Origin: a virus
Lineage: Duplodnaviria; Caudoviricetes
DNA: 64,000 nt
Reading direction: 5' to 3' (one strand)
Virus record (IMG/VR): IMGVR_UViG_3300037461_000711
Span: 1 to 64,000 of that record
The notes below the pieces were generated by a model. It saw only the letters and a program-made list of their open reading frames with translations. It made no database searches and was not told where the DNA came from. The translations under genes were made by a program, and so were the position numbers. Below, piece by piece: positions 1 through 9,334 of the stretch (within the stretch, counting starts at the first letter, position 1; the number at the start of each line of letters is the position of its first letter).

Positions 1-753
1 TCGCTTCGTGCGCAATCTGGGGCATTTCATTATTACAAGCGCACGGTTGATGACGCGGCTACCTACGATGCGTTTGGTTATATTGGACCGATCAACAGCG
101 CCCCGTTCGTGTTTGGAGTTTGGGGGGCTGAGACATATTCCACCACGACCACGACCCATACGACCACCTCAACCATTTCGACATCGAGCACAACCAAGAC
201 CACTTCTTCGGGGTGGACAACAACTTCAAGCTCTACCACTTCGACTACGTTCTACGTACCCGATGCTGAAATTGGCTTTGAGAGGGAAGACATTTCAGAG
301 GTTTTCACTCATGAATCTATAACCCCCATCTTTACCCATCCGGAAATTTCGGGTTTTGAACACGAAAGTATTGCATCAACTTTTATTCATGATAAGATTG
401 CCAGTACATGGAGGGAGGTGGTTTTGGTGGGTGATACAAAGCCGAGTCTCGAAACGATTTACAAGCAGCCGGATGAATCATTCCCAATCTATGCCGATTT
501 TGTCAACGTGCTTGCCACAGGCGAAGAATTGAACATTGATGGGTCTGACGTAATTGTTGTGGATAAAGATGGCACCGATGTCACAACGGATATGGTCATA
601 GGGCTTTCGGTCTATGATGACACCAAACTGAAGACCCAAGTGAAAGCCTACGGTACGGCAGCGGCCTCTCCCTACAAGGTGACTTTCTTGGCTGCTACCT
701 CTTTGGATAACATTTACGAAGTCGATGGCAGAATTCGGGTGGTAGAGCTATGA
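1..753 (+). CDS. 5'-truncated putative virion protein with internal Thr/Ser-rich linker and C-terminal beta-rich domain
   Basis: Frame is open from base 1 (SLRAQSGAFHYY...) into track ORF 109..753; linker YSTTTTTHTTTSTISTSSTTKTTSSGWTTTSSSTTSTT; lies upstream of lysis-like membrane genes. Confidence 0.6.
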   Translation, partial: SLRAQSGAFHYYKRTVDDAATYDAFGYIGPINSAPFVFGVWGAETYSTTTTTHTTTSTISTSSTTKTTSSGWTTTSSSTTSTTFYVPDAEIGFEREDISEVFTHESITPIFTHPEISGFEHESIASTFIHDKIASTWREVVLVGDTKPSLETIYKQPDESFPIYADFVNVLATGEELNIDGSDVIVVDKDGTDVTTDMVIGLSVYDDTKLKTQVKAYGTAAASPYKVTFLAATSLDNIYEVDGRIRVVEL

Positions 754-959
754 ACGTAGAATCAGAACACGTTCTCGAAGCCTTCAAAGCTTCCCCTGTG
801 ATTGTAGCCCTGTTGCTGGTTATCTTTCTTCTATTCTGGCTACTGAAAAGCAAAGACACGGCTTTGAACAAACTGATCGAAGTCTCACGGTCAGATTCGG
901 AACGCTACGGTAAGCTCATAACCCTACTAGAAATCCTTGTAAATCGAAAGGAGAACTAA
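750..959 (+). CDS. small single-TM membrane protein (holin-like)
   Basis: Hydrophobic VIVALLLVIFLLFWLL followed by charged coiled tail; 4-bp overlap with upstream stop. Confidence 0.45.
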   Translation: MNVESEHVLEAFKASPVIVALLLVIFLLFWLLKSKDTALNKLIEVSRSDSERYGKLITLLEILVNRKEN

Positions 960-961
960 TC

Positions 962-1198
962 ATGGTAGGCATGAGATTGGTAGAACGCTTGAGGGGGTTT
1001 TTCGGCTACATAAGCACAAGCCGTATGCTTGAGCAAATCAACCAGATGGAAAAAGAAAAGACCGTTCTTGACAACCGTTATGCAAAATTGGCGAAAGCCA
1101 CTATGGATGGCGACGAACGGTGGTTTCTATCAGTTGCTCGAAAGAACCCCGATTGCGCCATGAAAATCATCGAGGAGTGTAGAAAAGACGATGCCTGA
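962..1198 (+). CDS. hypothetical protein
   Basis: Tightly packed in operon, GGAG upstream. Confidence 0.6.
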   Translation: MVGMRLVERLRGFFGYISTSRMLEQINQMEKEKTVLDNRYAKLAKATMDGDERWFLSVARKNPDCAMKIIEECRKDDA

Positions 1199-1586
1199 CT
1201 ACCTGTTGGATGTAACCTTATGGTTGTACGTGGCAATCGCAGTAGTCTCCGCCTGGGGTCTTTTTCTGTTTATTTGGTGGTGGAAAAATATTGGCAATGC
1301 CAGCGAGATTTATATTTACTTTACAATTCTTTTGGCCTCCAAAGCGTTTTATAGCGGGTTGGGTGCGGTAGCTCGCTATTTTCATATTAATGACAATGAC
1401 CTTTCGGATTTCTCTGATTTTACCAACAGCTTTGTTTGGACAACTCGCTCTGCGATTCATCTTTTTATAATAACAGTTATCGTTATTAGAATGTCCATGA
1501 GAATGTTTGCCACGATCAAAAAAGCCAATCGGTTCAAACTCGAAGAAGAGTCGGAGGGGTCTGATGTGCAAGGTTCTAATCGTTGA
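1191..1586 (+). CDS. multi-pass membrane protein (3-4 TM)
   Basis: Several hydrophobic segments; overlaps both neighbours. Confidence 0.65.
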   Translation: MPDYLLDVTLWLYVAIAVVSAWGLFLFIWWWKNIGNASEIYIYFTILLASKAFYSGLGAVARYFHINDNDLSDFSDFTNSFVWTTRSAIHLFIITVIVIRMSMRMFATIKKANRFKLEEESEGSDVQGSNR

Positions 1587-1950
1587 AGATGAAACGAGCG
1601 TTCGAGAAATTCTAAAACAAACAGTTGAAAGGTCTGGTCTGCAAGCGAAGGAAGCATCGAACGCCGTTGAAGCCCTGCTTCTTATCGAAAAATTTAAATC
1701 TATAAGAATAGTTATCTGTGATCTTCACTTGCCTGGGATGGATGGTCTTACCCTTTGTCGCAAGATGAAGAGACTAGACCCCCTTCTAATCATTCTTGGA
1801 ATTACTGGATATAAAACCTTATTCAATTTGGTCGAGTGTCGCCAATCGGGGTTCGATGACTTGATTTTTAAACCGTTTGAGGTTATCCTACTAAAAGATA
1901 TGCTTGCATATCACAATGCCACAATTGAAAGGTGGCAAACCCAAACATAG
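1564..1950 (+). CDS. stand-alone CheY-like response regulator receiver protein
   Basis: KVLIVEDE, ICDLHLPGMDG (phospho-Asp), LGITG, FDDLIFKPF motifs all present; ATG at 1564 after GGAGGGG. Confidence 0.9.
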   Translation: MCKVLIVEDETSVREILKQTVERSGLQAKEASNAVEALLLIEKFKSIRIVICDLHLPGMDGLTLCRKMKRLDPLLIILGITGYKTLFNLVECRQSGFDDLIFKPFEVILLKDMLAYHNATIERWQTQT

Positions 1951-1960
1951 GAGGTGTTCT

Positions 1961-2431
1961 ATGAAGAAGCTGTTCGCTGTTGTGTTCATCGTTCTTTTTT
2001 TCATCGTTGGCTGCGACACGGTTTACAAACCCCCGGTAACTCCAGTCTGTCTCAAACCCGAATACTCAAACAGCGTGATTTGTGCTATCGGCACGTACCT
2101 AAAGATTCAGCCGGAGCAAATGCACGAAATCATCATCGACACAACTCTTTTGGGTATCGGGTTCAAGCTGACCAATGGACCTGAAGTTCGAAAGACGGTT
2201 GACAAGATTCGCACGTTCGTTCAAGAAAAGGACGTTCTCTCGATGCAGGGGCTTGTGGGGTACCTCATGAAAGAGGCCGAATTGAACCCCGCATTTGCCC
2301 TGTTACTACAACGCCGATTGCCCGACTTTGCCGGGGTGCCGGAGCTTTCTGTAAAACCATTTCAGCCCATTGACAAATTCATGGTGTTGTGGGAACTCGA
2401 TCAACTTGACGAATATCTAAAATGGATGTGA
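1961..2431 (+). CDS. lipoprotein
   Basis: MKK + hydrophobic core + lipobox IVGC; GGAGG RBS before ATG 1961. Confidence 0.75.
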   Translation: MKKLFAVVFIVLFFIVGCDTVYKPPVTPVCLKPEYSNSVICAIGTYLKIQPEQMHEIIIDTTLLGIGFKLTNGPEVRKTVDKIRTFVQEKDVLSMQGLVGYLMKEAELNPAFALLLQRRLPDFAGVPELSVKPFQPIDKFMVLWELDQLDEYLKWM

Positions 2432-2447
2432 AAGGGGGTGGGGAAAA

Positions 2448-2741
2448 ATGAAAAGCGGTTTCATGACCAGTGAATTTCTCAGTCAGCTTCTTGGCCCGTA
2501 TGGAATAGCTTTGGCGATTTTGTATGTCGGTCTGGGCGATACCGAAACTTTAGAACTTCTTAAACAGGCCATTTCGGGGTTTTCCCCACAGGCACAAGCC
2601 GTGGTGCTGTTGGGTATCAAATTCGCTTCGATCTTGGGGGCAGCCATTGTTGGAGCAAAGGGGGCCGATACCACCAAGGCATACAATAATGGCAGGGCAC
2701 AGTTGAAGTTGAAAGAGATGGATAAAAAGGAGTGCGTGTAA
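2448..2741 (+). CDS. 2-TM membrane protein (holin-like)
   Basis: Two hydrophobic helices, charged C-tail, last gene before terminator. Confidence 0.5.
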   Translation: MKSGFMTSEFLSQLLGPYGIALAILYVGLGDTETLELLKQAISGFSPQAQAVVLLGIKFASILGAAIVGAKGADTTKAYNNGRAQLKLKEMDKKECV

Positions 2742-2745
2742 GATT

Positions 2746-2780
2746 TAGGCCCGGTGCTGATTGCCGGGCCTATTCTTTTA
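2746..2780 (+). terminator. intrinsic terminator between convergent operons
   Basis: TAGGCCCGG-9 nt-CCGGGCCTA followed by TTCTTTT. Confidence 0.75.
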
Positions 2781-2940
2781 CCACTCTGAACCAATCCCAA
2801 CGATCTTTTTTATATACAAAGATGTCTTCAAAATTTTCGTCCATCAGATGAAGATTGTTGTGCTCGTCAATTTTATGTCGATGGGCTTCATGAGTATCAA
2901 AACAATGTTTGCCAATCTCCATTACGTCATATCTATTCAT
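2770..2940 (-). CDS. small hypothetical protein (56 aa, below track cutoff)
   Basis: MNRYDVMEIG...FRVVKE*; ATGA overlap with stop of the upstream gene. Confidence 0.45.
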   Translation of the reverse strand: MNRYDVMEIGKHCFDTHEAHRHKIDEHNNLHLMDENFEDIFVYKKDRWDWFRVVKE

Positions 2941-3125
2941 ATTATCCCTTTCAGTTCAGCCAACCATTGTGGGATTGTAAACTCGTAGTCTCGGCCTTTT
3001 ATTTTTCGCTTTTCGATCACTTGGCTTTTTGGTAGCCAGACTTTATTCATTCCATCAAACACCAGATAGGAGTTCTCGCTCTCGTAGGTTATCTCCCCAC
3101 AAAATTCAACTTCTGGTACGGGCAT
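2937..3125 (-). CDS. hypothetical protein
   Basis: Start MPVPEV just after stop of the Rad50 C-half. Confidence 0.6.
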   Translation of the reverse strand: MPVPEVEFCGEITYESENSYLVFDGMNKVWLPKSQVIEKRKIKGRDYEFTIPQWLAELKGII

Positions 3126-3129
3126 TTGT

Positions 3130-3795
3130 TTACTTCCCCCTTTTGATAAGCTTCTTGACTTTGGTTTCGGGTTTATTGCCCACAATCAGCCTGAGATTAC
3201 TTCGAGTGCCGTCATGGTCTACTTGCCATGCCTTGTCTGCTATCTCTGCCAGTTCAGGCTCATGTGTAACCATGATGATCTGAAAGCCCAATCGGTGACT
3301 GATTTCTTTAATCATGCGACCGGCTCTCATGAGTAAGTCCCCCTTGCCGACAAACTTCATGGGTTCGTCCAACACAAACACGTTTCGGCTCTTGGGGTTC
3401 TCAAGGTGCCAGAGCACAACCCTGAAAGCGAAACTGATAAGGTCGATGATGCCCCCGCCTAATTCGTCTTTGGGTTCGTATTCGCTATCGCCTTCCACCA
3501 CTACCGGGCGGCATTCGAATTTATTTCGCTTTTGCTCGAATATCAGTTTGAATTGAAATGGTCGCTCTTCGAACACGGCTCGAATGGCAGAGGTGACAAG
3601 GGCTTCAACCTTGGTCTGAAAGTTCTTCTGGGTTTCTTTGGCAATCTCGGCAAGTATCCATCTTGCTTTGGTGTGGTGTTCTGAATCAACCTGTAGACGT
3701 TCGAGCGAAGTTTGCATTTCATCCCTTTGCGAAATTAGGAGTGCTCGCTCGGCTTTCTTCTTGGTGATGATGGTTTCGAGTTCAGAGAGGTTCAC
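3130..3795 (-). CDS. SbcC/Rad50 (gp46-like) C-terminal half
   Basis: Coiled coil, ABC signature ELGGG, Walker B FVLDEP, H-loop MVTHE; no Walker A. Confidence 0.85.
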   Translation of the reverse strand: MNLSELETIITKKKAERALLISQRDEMQTSLERLQVDSEHHTKARWILAEIAKETQKNFQTKVEALVTSAIRAVFEERPFQFKLIFEQKRNKFECRPVVVEGDSEYEPKDELGGGIIDLISFAFRVVLWHLENPKSRNVFVLDEPMKFVGKGDLLMRAGRMIKEISHRLGFQIIMVTHEPELAEIADKAWQVDHDGTRSNLRLIVGNKPETKVKKLIKRGK

Positions 3796-4019
3796 TCTTC
3801 TTCTCCCAAAATCTCTTCGGCTTTTTTGAGCAGGGTTCGTTGTTCGCTGTCAAGCCGTGAGAGTTCTTTGTCGATCTTGGCAAGTTCCTTCTCGGCAGAT
3901 TTCAGGTCAGCTATGCCAAGAGCGTTGAGGTCTTTCATCAGCCGGTTCAATTCGGCTTCAGCTACGGCAGCTTTGGTCTTGGCTTCGTCGTGCTGGCGTT
4001 TGAGTTGTTGAATGTTCAT
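3792..4019 (-). CDS. small coiled-coil protein
   Basis: Heptad pattern throughout; translationally coupled to the Rad50 C-half. Confidence 0.65.
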   Translation of the reverse strand: MNIQQLKRQHDEAKTKAAVAEAELNRLMKDLNALGIADLKSAEKELAKIDKELSRLDSEQRTLLKKAEEILGEEE

Positions 4020-4238
4020 TTAGTACTCCAGTCCATTGTATCTTTTGGCTATGTCTTCAAGTAATCTGTGAAGACGTGAGATTTCATCGTGAACATCGGA
4101 GTGTAGTAAATCCCCAATTATTCTATCGGGGTGGTCAATTAAAAGTTTCATGGTTTTGTGTAGACGTTCTAATTCATTGTCAATTGCTTTTATTGAATCT
4201 TGTCTCTCTTTCTCGAACCCCTCTTTCTCAAACATCAC
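4020..4238 (-). CDS. hypothetical protein
   Basis: Coupled ORF, AT-richer than neighbours. Confidence 0.55.
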   Translation of the reverse strand: MMFEKEGFEKERQDSIKAIDNELERLHKTMKLLIDHPDRIIGDLLHSDVHDEISRLHRLLEDIAKRYNGLEY

Positions 4239-4582
4239 TTTATCTCCTTTTCTTCAAACCATTCTGAAAACCCACGAAAGACCCAACAGCCTCCACCGAC
4301 TACAGTAACACCTAAAGTACCTTCATCACATTTTTTTTCATACGTAAATGCCATAGTTACTTCAGTGTTGGGAGTTATTCGTATTACTATTGCTGCGTCA
4401 CCAATATTGAGATTCTTGCTTGGCAAATTTATTATTCCATCTTCTACGAAACTTACTCGCGCTATTTGTTTTGGTTGGGAGTCATGTGATTTAGTGGAGT
4501 CAAACCACCAAGCAACAACAAGCAAAATTATAAGGGGTATTGTGCCACCAATTACCCCAAGTATTATATCTCTGAGTTTCAT
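4235..4582 (-). CDS. N-terminally anchored membrane protein
   Basis: IILGVIGGTIPLIILLVVAWWF segment. Confidence 0.55.
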   Translation of the reverse strand: MKLRDIILGVIGGTIPLIILLVVAWWFDSTKSHDSQPKQIARVSFVEDGIINLPSKNLNIGDAAIVIRITPNTEVTMAFTYEKKCDEGTLGVTVVGGGCWVFRGFSEWFEEKEIK

Positions 4583-5505
4583 TCTGGCTCCTTATCATAG
4601 CGACTCATGACTTCTTCGATAATGTCACAGATGGTCTTTTCGATTTTGTTCTTTCTCAAAAACGCATGAATGTTGTCAACCAGATTGGCACCGACTTCCA
4701 TTTTATCATCTCGAACGGCTGAGATGAATGATTCCAACATCGTGTCTGATTCAGTCTGGGCTTCGATGTGTTTTCGGCTCAACACCTCCTTTGCTGGCTT
4801 GTGGGGTATCTTGCCTCTTGAGAGCTTCTTGGTTTCGGTGTCGTAGACATAGAAGCAGGGTTCGTGGGAAAAATTATAGTGTGAGGCATCTTTTCTCATC
4901 ATAGGGCCGGTGTTCACCAGATACCGGCCTTTCTCTGAGAAATAAAAATGCCGGTGCATATCTCCACAAAGAATCAGGTCGTAGTCCTTATAGTCTTGCA
5001 GAAACCGTTTGGCCGAATAATACGATTGGCCGGGGTACAATGCTTGGTCGGAGATCATGCCATGCACGACCAATATGTTTGGCCCCTTTGTAATCGGTTT
5101 GGGTATTTTGAAGTCAGGGCTAAAGTTAGCTCCATATAATGTGTGAGAACTGCCAGTGAGTTCAAGGGGCCGTTCATCGAGGTTAATTGCCAATTGATTG
5201 TGGATCAATACCCCCATAGCTGTGTACTCTCGATTCTCAACGGAATACATATACGTGTCGTGCTGCCCGTACACACAGATAATTGCTCTGTTGTATTTTT
5301 TTAGAAGCTTTACCAAGTCTAACAGAATAAACCAATCTCTCGGCTTATCGAACAAGTCCCCTGCTTGTAGAATTTGGGCATTGATTTTCTGAGCGTACTT
5401 GAGCACGTACTCAAACTTTTGCAGACAGGTGTTTCGATAATCGTCCAGTCTGGCGATGGGGGTCTTGCTCGAAAGGTGAACGTCAGATAGAAGCAACAGT
5501 TTCAT
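4579..5505 (-). CDS. SbcD/Mre11 (gp47-like) metallophosphoesterase nuclease
   Basis: SDVH, AGDLFD, GQHD, VHG, GDMH motifs. Confidence 0.9.
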   Translation of the reverse strand: MKLLLLSDVHLSSKTPIARLDDYRNTCLQKFEYVLKYAQKINAQILQAGDLFDKPRDWFILLDLVKLLKKYNRAIICVYGQHDTYMYSVENREYTAMGVLIHNQLAINLDERPLELTGSSHTLYGANFSPDFKIPKPITKGPNILVVHGMISDQALYPGQSYYSAKRFLQDYKDYDLILCGDMHRHFYFSEKGRYLVNTGPMMRKDASHYNFSHEPCFYVYDTETKKLSRGKIPHKPAKEVLSRKHIEAQTESDTMLESFISAVRDDKMEVGANLVDNIHAFLRKNKIEKTICDIIEEVMSRYDKEPE

Positions 5506-5508
5506 ATA

Positions 5509-5763
5509 TCACCAAATTCTTTCGGGGGTCTTATTTTTTCTGTAAATATGGAATTGAAGCATGAAATTGTCATCGTCTCCATCGTATCTTGGCGAAAGCG
5601 CAGAACACCACCAAGCTTTATCGCCTTTGTTGTTTTCGTATGTCCAACCAAATCCTGATTTCTTTGCTTTCCAATTTTCATCTGGGTATTTTTCTTTTAG
5701 ATATTTGAGTGTGTCTTGTTTTTTAATACTTTTGAAATTAAAGATGCTATCGACCTTGCTCAT
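5509..5763 (-). CDS. hypothetical protein
   Basis: Coupled AT-rich ORF. Confidence 0.55.
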   Translation of the reverse strand: MSKVDSIFNFKSIKKQDTLKYLKEKYPDENWKAKKSGFGWTYENNKGDKAWWCSALSPRYDGDDDNFMLQFHIYRKNKTPERIW

Positions 5764-6818
5764 ATTTCCCCCACTAATTTCTTAATGGCTTTGTCATCTA
5801 TGGGCTGTAGACAGGTGGGGCACGTCTTGGTCTGTTTCAAAGCGTCAAGCAGTTGGGCCTTGGAGTGCTTTCGTAACTGGTCAGCTTTTTGAAAATAATC
5901 AAGCTTGGTCTGGGCTTCGGTTATGATTTTCGATTTTTGGCTCAGAGAAACCTTGCTTTCTTCTAAAGCAACCACTTTCTCGATTAATTCTAAGGCACCT
6001 TTTTGCTTGAGAAGGGTTCTATGGGCTTTTATGGCAGATCGTGCAACCTTGGCCCTCTCAGAGAGTTTTTCGATTTCGGTATTTATTTTTTCAGCGGCAT
6101 CTAAAATGCCTGAAAGAGATGATCGCAGAGTTTCGAATTTAATAAACGCAGCGGATTTATCATCTATGTCAGATGTTAAGTATGTGATTTTACTCTTTAA
6201 TTCATTTAATTTATCAAGTCGTTCGTCTATTTCTTTAGCCCGGTCTAAAATGGGCTGAAGTGGTACAAGTACTCGATATGATTTGATTTTATTTTTAGAA
6301 GCCTCAATTTCGGCTTCAAGTCTTTCCTTTTCACGGTTGATCGAATTGATTTTAGAGGTGAGGTCAGATACCCAATTATCCACCATTTCGAGCCGGGTAA
6401 TGCGGTTGATGGTCTTGGCGACTTCACCGGCTGAAGAGGTAACGAGAAAGGGTTCGTCCAATTGTTTCTGAACATTCAACTCTGATATTCTGAGGGCACG
6501 TTGAACCATGTCGGGCACGTCTTTGCCTATTTTATCGAAGAGGTTGTCTCCGATAGCGTAGGAATTATACTTATCATCTTTGACGTGCCAGATCGAATCT
6601 CCTTCAGAAGTCTCAATCATTACCTTGGTGGCACCCTTGGCAAAGTGGCTTCTGATTCTTTCCCCCGAGGGGCGGTTGTGAAACAGCCAGTACAAGGCTC
6701 TCAAAATGGCTGTCTTGCCGCTCTGAGAAACCCCTGTAATGACGTTTACGCCGGGGTCGAGGTTGAGTTCGGTCTTCTCGTGCGACTGAAAATTCTCTAT
6801 GACAAGTTTTTTAATCAT
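5760..6818 (-). CDS. SbcC/Rad50 (gp46-like) N-terminal half ending in zinc hook
   Basis: IKKLVIENFQSH, Walker A GVSQSGKT, Q-loop VQKQLD, coiled coil, CPTC near C-terminus. Confidence 0.88.
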   Translation of the reverse strand: MIKKLVIENFQSHEKTELNLDPGVNVITGVSQSGKTAILRALYWLFHNRPSGERIRSHFAKGATKVMIETSEGDSIWHVKDDKYNSYAIGDNLFDKIGKDVPDMVQRALRISELNVQKQLDEPFLVTSSAGEVAKTINRITRLEMVDNWVSDLTSKINSINREKERLEAEIEASKNKIKSYRVLVPLQPILDRAKEIDERLDKLNELKSKITYLTSDIDDKSAAFIKFETLRSSLSGILDAAEKINTEIEKLSERAKVARSAIKAHRTLLKQKGALELIEKVVALEESKVSLSQKSKIITEAQTKLDYFQKADQLRKHSKAQLLDALKQTKTCPTCLQPIDDKAIKKLVGEI

Positions 6819-7354
6819 GATCGGGTAAAGTACATTCCACCGTGATAGATGGCTTTGATGGCAGGTTTTTCTTTTATTCTTTCCAGTTTCTCTTTCAGTC
6901 TTTCGATGGGCTGAACGTGTTGGGTGTAGCCACGCTCCACCATTCTGCCGATTACGTAGTCTTTTCTATCTCCACCATAGCCGATGAAGACCCGCTTCGA
7001 GTGATGTTGAAAGTTGTCAATAAGGTATTCCAACTGCACGTCACTTATGAATCGAATAACCTCTATGCACAATGCCAAGTCAAACTGTGAGCGTGTGGGC
7101 AGTTCTCTACAAATATCCCATAACAGTATGGGGGTTTCGGGGTGGCTGTGATAAAACAAGTCTGGGGAATTATCAACCCCTATGGCCGGTATGCAAAGGT
7201 GGTTGAATTCAAAAACCAGTTCACCAATCGAACAACCAAAGTCAATAACGGATGTCGGGTTGAACACACTCTTGAAAGCGGGGCAAACTAAAGGTGCTCG
7301 CCATGAGAGAAACTTTCTCTTTCTGAAATATTTTTCATCGAACATGGCGAGCAC
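6815..7354 (-). CDS. class I SAM-dependent methyltransferase (glycan-cluster type)
   Basis: SVIDFGCSIG, GVD, FDLALCIEV motifs. Confidence 0.75.
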   Translation of the reverse strand: MLAMFDEKYFRKRKFLSWRAPLVCPAFKSVFNPTSVIDFGCSIGELVFEFNHLCIPAIGVDNSPDLFYHSHPETPILLWDICRELPTRSQFDLALCIEVIRFISDVQLEYLIDNFQHHSKRVFIGYGGDRKDYVIGRMVERGYTQHVQPIERLKEKLERIKEKPAIKAIYHGGMYFTRS

Positions 7355-7361
7355 CTTTCCC

Positions 7362-7574
7362 TTATGAAAGTTTGGCCTTGCGGTCTTGAATCAGAATGCG
7401 AAGGGCTTTGCACTCTTTCGCCACGGCACTCAGGTTGAGGCGAATGTGCTTGGCGGCGGCTTTTGCGCCATGCTCCCCGGCATCGAACTTCTCGGCCCAC
7501 CGTGCCATTTCAGGGTTCGTTATCAGACTGCCCAATTCTTCCAGATGTTCAGAAATCAGTTTCTTCTTAGCCAT
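7362..7574 (-). CDS. hypothetical protein
   Basis: Start MAKKKLISEH overlapping the aminotransferase stop. Confidence 0.5.
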   Translation of the reverse strand: MAKKKLISEHLEELGSLITNPEMARWAEKFDAGEHGAKAAAKHIRLNLSAVAKECKALRILIQDRKAKLS

Positions 7575-8736
7575 TAGCACTTGCCTCCTTTGCCTTTGCC
7601 TTTTTTGGGTTTGTTTTGCTTGCCTTTGCCTTTCGCCACTTTTCAATCTCCTTTCTGATTATTCGGCAGACTCTTTGCACGTCTTTGCCGTTTACGGTTG
7701 TGCCGTTCGGCAGCACCAGCACCCGTTCTGCCACGAAAGAGGTGTTGGGCATCGAAATGTTTAAGGGTTCGTAAAGGGCCATGCGGTGAACGCCGGGGTA
7801 GAAATACCGTCGAGCATAGATTTTTTCAGCCCATAGAGCTTGCATTACAGTATCCCTAACTTCGGGGTTTAGCTCGATAACAACATACTGGTAGTTTGGA
7901 GTGTTTTCGAATTTATGCCGTAGGAATCTATACACCACGAATTCAAGATTGTCTCTGTAGATTTGGTAGTTGTAAAGATTGTGGGCAACATAGCGGTGAT
8001 AATTTTCAAGGGAGCATAACCCCATTGTCGCGTGAATCTCGCTCATCTTGCCGTTGGTGCCGATTTCGGTTGAAAGGTCGTAACCTTCAAAGCCGAAGTT
8101 TCTCAAGAGTCTACATGTATCGGCTATTGAATCGAAACGAGTTGTAATGACCCCCCCTTCAAACGAGTTCACCACTTTGGTTGCGTGAAAGCTAAAAACT
8201 TCTCCAAGACCAAAGCTACCGATTTTTACTCCATTTAGAGAGCAGCCGAAAGCGTGGGCGGCATCGAAGATCACAGCCGGTCTTATGGAAACATTCGCAA
8301 TCTTCTGACTCGCCCATGTGTGGCAGGGCCGACCCCAAAGATGGGTAGGCAAATACGAGAAACGGGGGTCTATTCTGCCGGGGTAGTCGATATTGTGGGA
8401 GCGTCGATTGATGTCAGCAAATGTGATCTGAGCACCAATCCAATTCATGGCGTACACCGTTGCGGGGAAGGTAAACGCCGGTACTACCACTTTCTTGTGC
8501 CCTTGCTCGAATTCAAGTGCTTTGGCAAGAATCTGCAAACCCACCGTGCCATTGCAGACAGCGATGGCATGGGGCACGTTTAGAAACTGGCAGATTTGCT
8601 TTTCGAACTCCTTTACATAGGGGCCGTCATTGGTCAGTCTTCGGGTTTTGAAAATGGTGTCGATGGCAGCTTTGAGTTTACCTCTGCCAGCGAGATTCGG
8701 GCAACCCACGTATAACGGCTTCTTGATAGATTCCAT
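7567..8736 (-). CDS. vioA: DegT/DnrJ/EryC1/StrS sugar aminotransferase, VioA-like
   Basis: TNDGPYVKEFE, CNGT, DAAHAFG, FSFHATK (PLP lysine), GTNGKMSE motifs. Confidence 0.88.
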   Translation of the reverse strand: MESIKKPLYVGCPNLAGRGKLKAAIDTIFKTRRLTNDGPYVKEFEKQICQFLNVPHAIAVCNGTVGLQILAKALEFEQGHKKVVVPAFTFPATVYAMNWIGAQITFADINRRSHNIDYPGRIDPRFSYLPTHLWGRPCHTWASQKIANVSIRPAVIFDAAHAFGCSLNGVKIGSFGLGEVFSFHATKVVNSFEGGVITTRFDSIADTCRLLRNFGFEGYDLSTEIGTNGKMSEIHATMGLCSLENYHRYVAHNLYNYQIYRDNLEFVVYRFLRHKFENTPNYQYVVIELNPEVRDTVMQALWAEKIYARRYFYPGVHRMALYEPLNISMPNTSFVAERVLVLPNGTTVNGKDVQRVCRIIRKEIEKWRKAKASKTNPKKAKAKEASANG

Positions 8737-9334
8737 CTTTGTAGAACTCCTCTCGAAGTTTTCTCTCGATTGAGAGAATTGTTTCAGGCGGGTACTCTTT
8801 GACCTTTCGAGCCGGTGCCCCCACGTACACCGACCATGGATCGCAATCTTTCATGACCAAAGACCCCGCCCCGATCAAAGCCCCTTCACCGATTGTAACC
8901 CCCGGCATGACAACGCAGTTTGCGCCGAGGGTGGCGTGATTTTCCATTATCGTGGTTGACCGTTTTGCGTTCCGATATGGCAGGGGTACGGTTGGGTTGT
9001 TCAGGTAGTTGCCATGCCAATCTTCGTTGCCGGTCAGCACCCGGCACCCGGTAGCAATGGAGGTGAAGTCTTTCATGATGAACGTGCCCCGGCCCGTAAT
9101 CGAAACGAAAGAAGCGATGTGAACAAAGTCGCCTATGGAACCATGAATGGCAATGAACACGAAATCGTCTATGACTACCGAATTGCCGATAGAGAGGTGT
9201 TCCTGAAAGATGATTTTAGCAAGTGGATAAATTGTCACGTTCTTGCCACAACTTTTGAGGTTACTATTCCTATAGTAAGGGTGATCTATCCATTCTAAAT
9301 CTTCGATTCTGGAGTCATAGTTCAATGTCTTCAC
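8678..9334 (-). CDS. vioB: hexapeptide-repeat (LbH) sugar N-acyltransferase, VioB-like
   Basis: IDDFV..VHIA, EDWHGNYLNNPTVP, PGVTIGEGALIGAGSLV..W.VYVGAPA pattern; adjacent to the VioA-like gene. Confidence 0.8.
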   Translation of the reverse strand: MKTLNYDSRIEDLEWIDHPYYRNSNLKSCGKNVTIYPLAKIIFQEHLSIGNSVVIDDFVFIAIHGSIGDFVHIASFVSITGRGTFIMKDFTSIATGCRVLTGNEDWHGNYLNNPTVPLPYRNAKRSTTIMENHATLGANCVVMPGVTIGEGALIGAGSLVMKDCDPWSVYVGAPARKVKEYPPETILSIERKLREEFYKDGIYQEAVIRGLPESRWQR

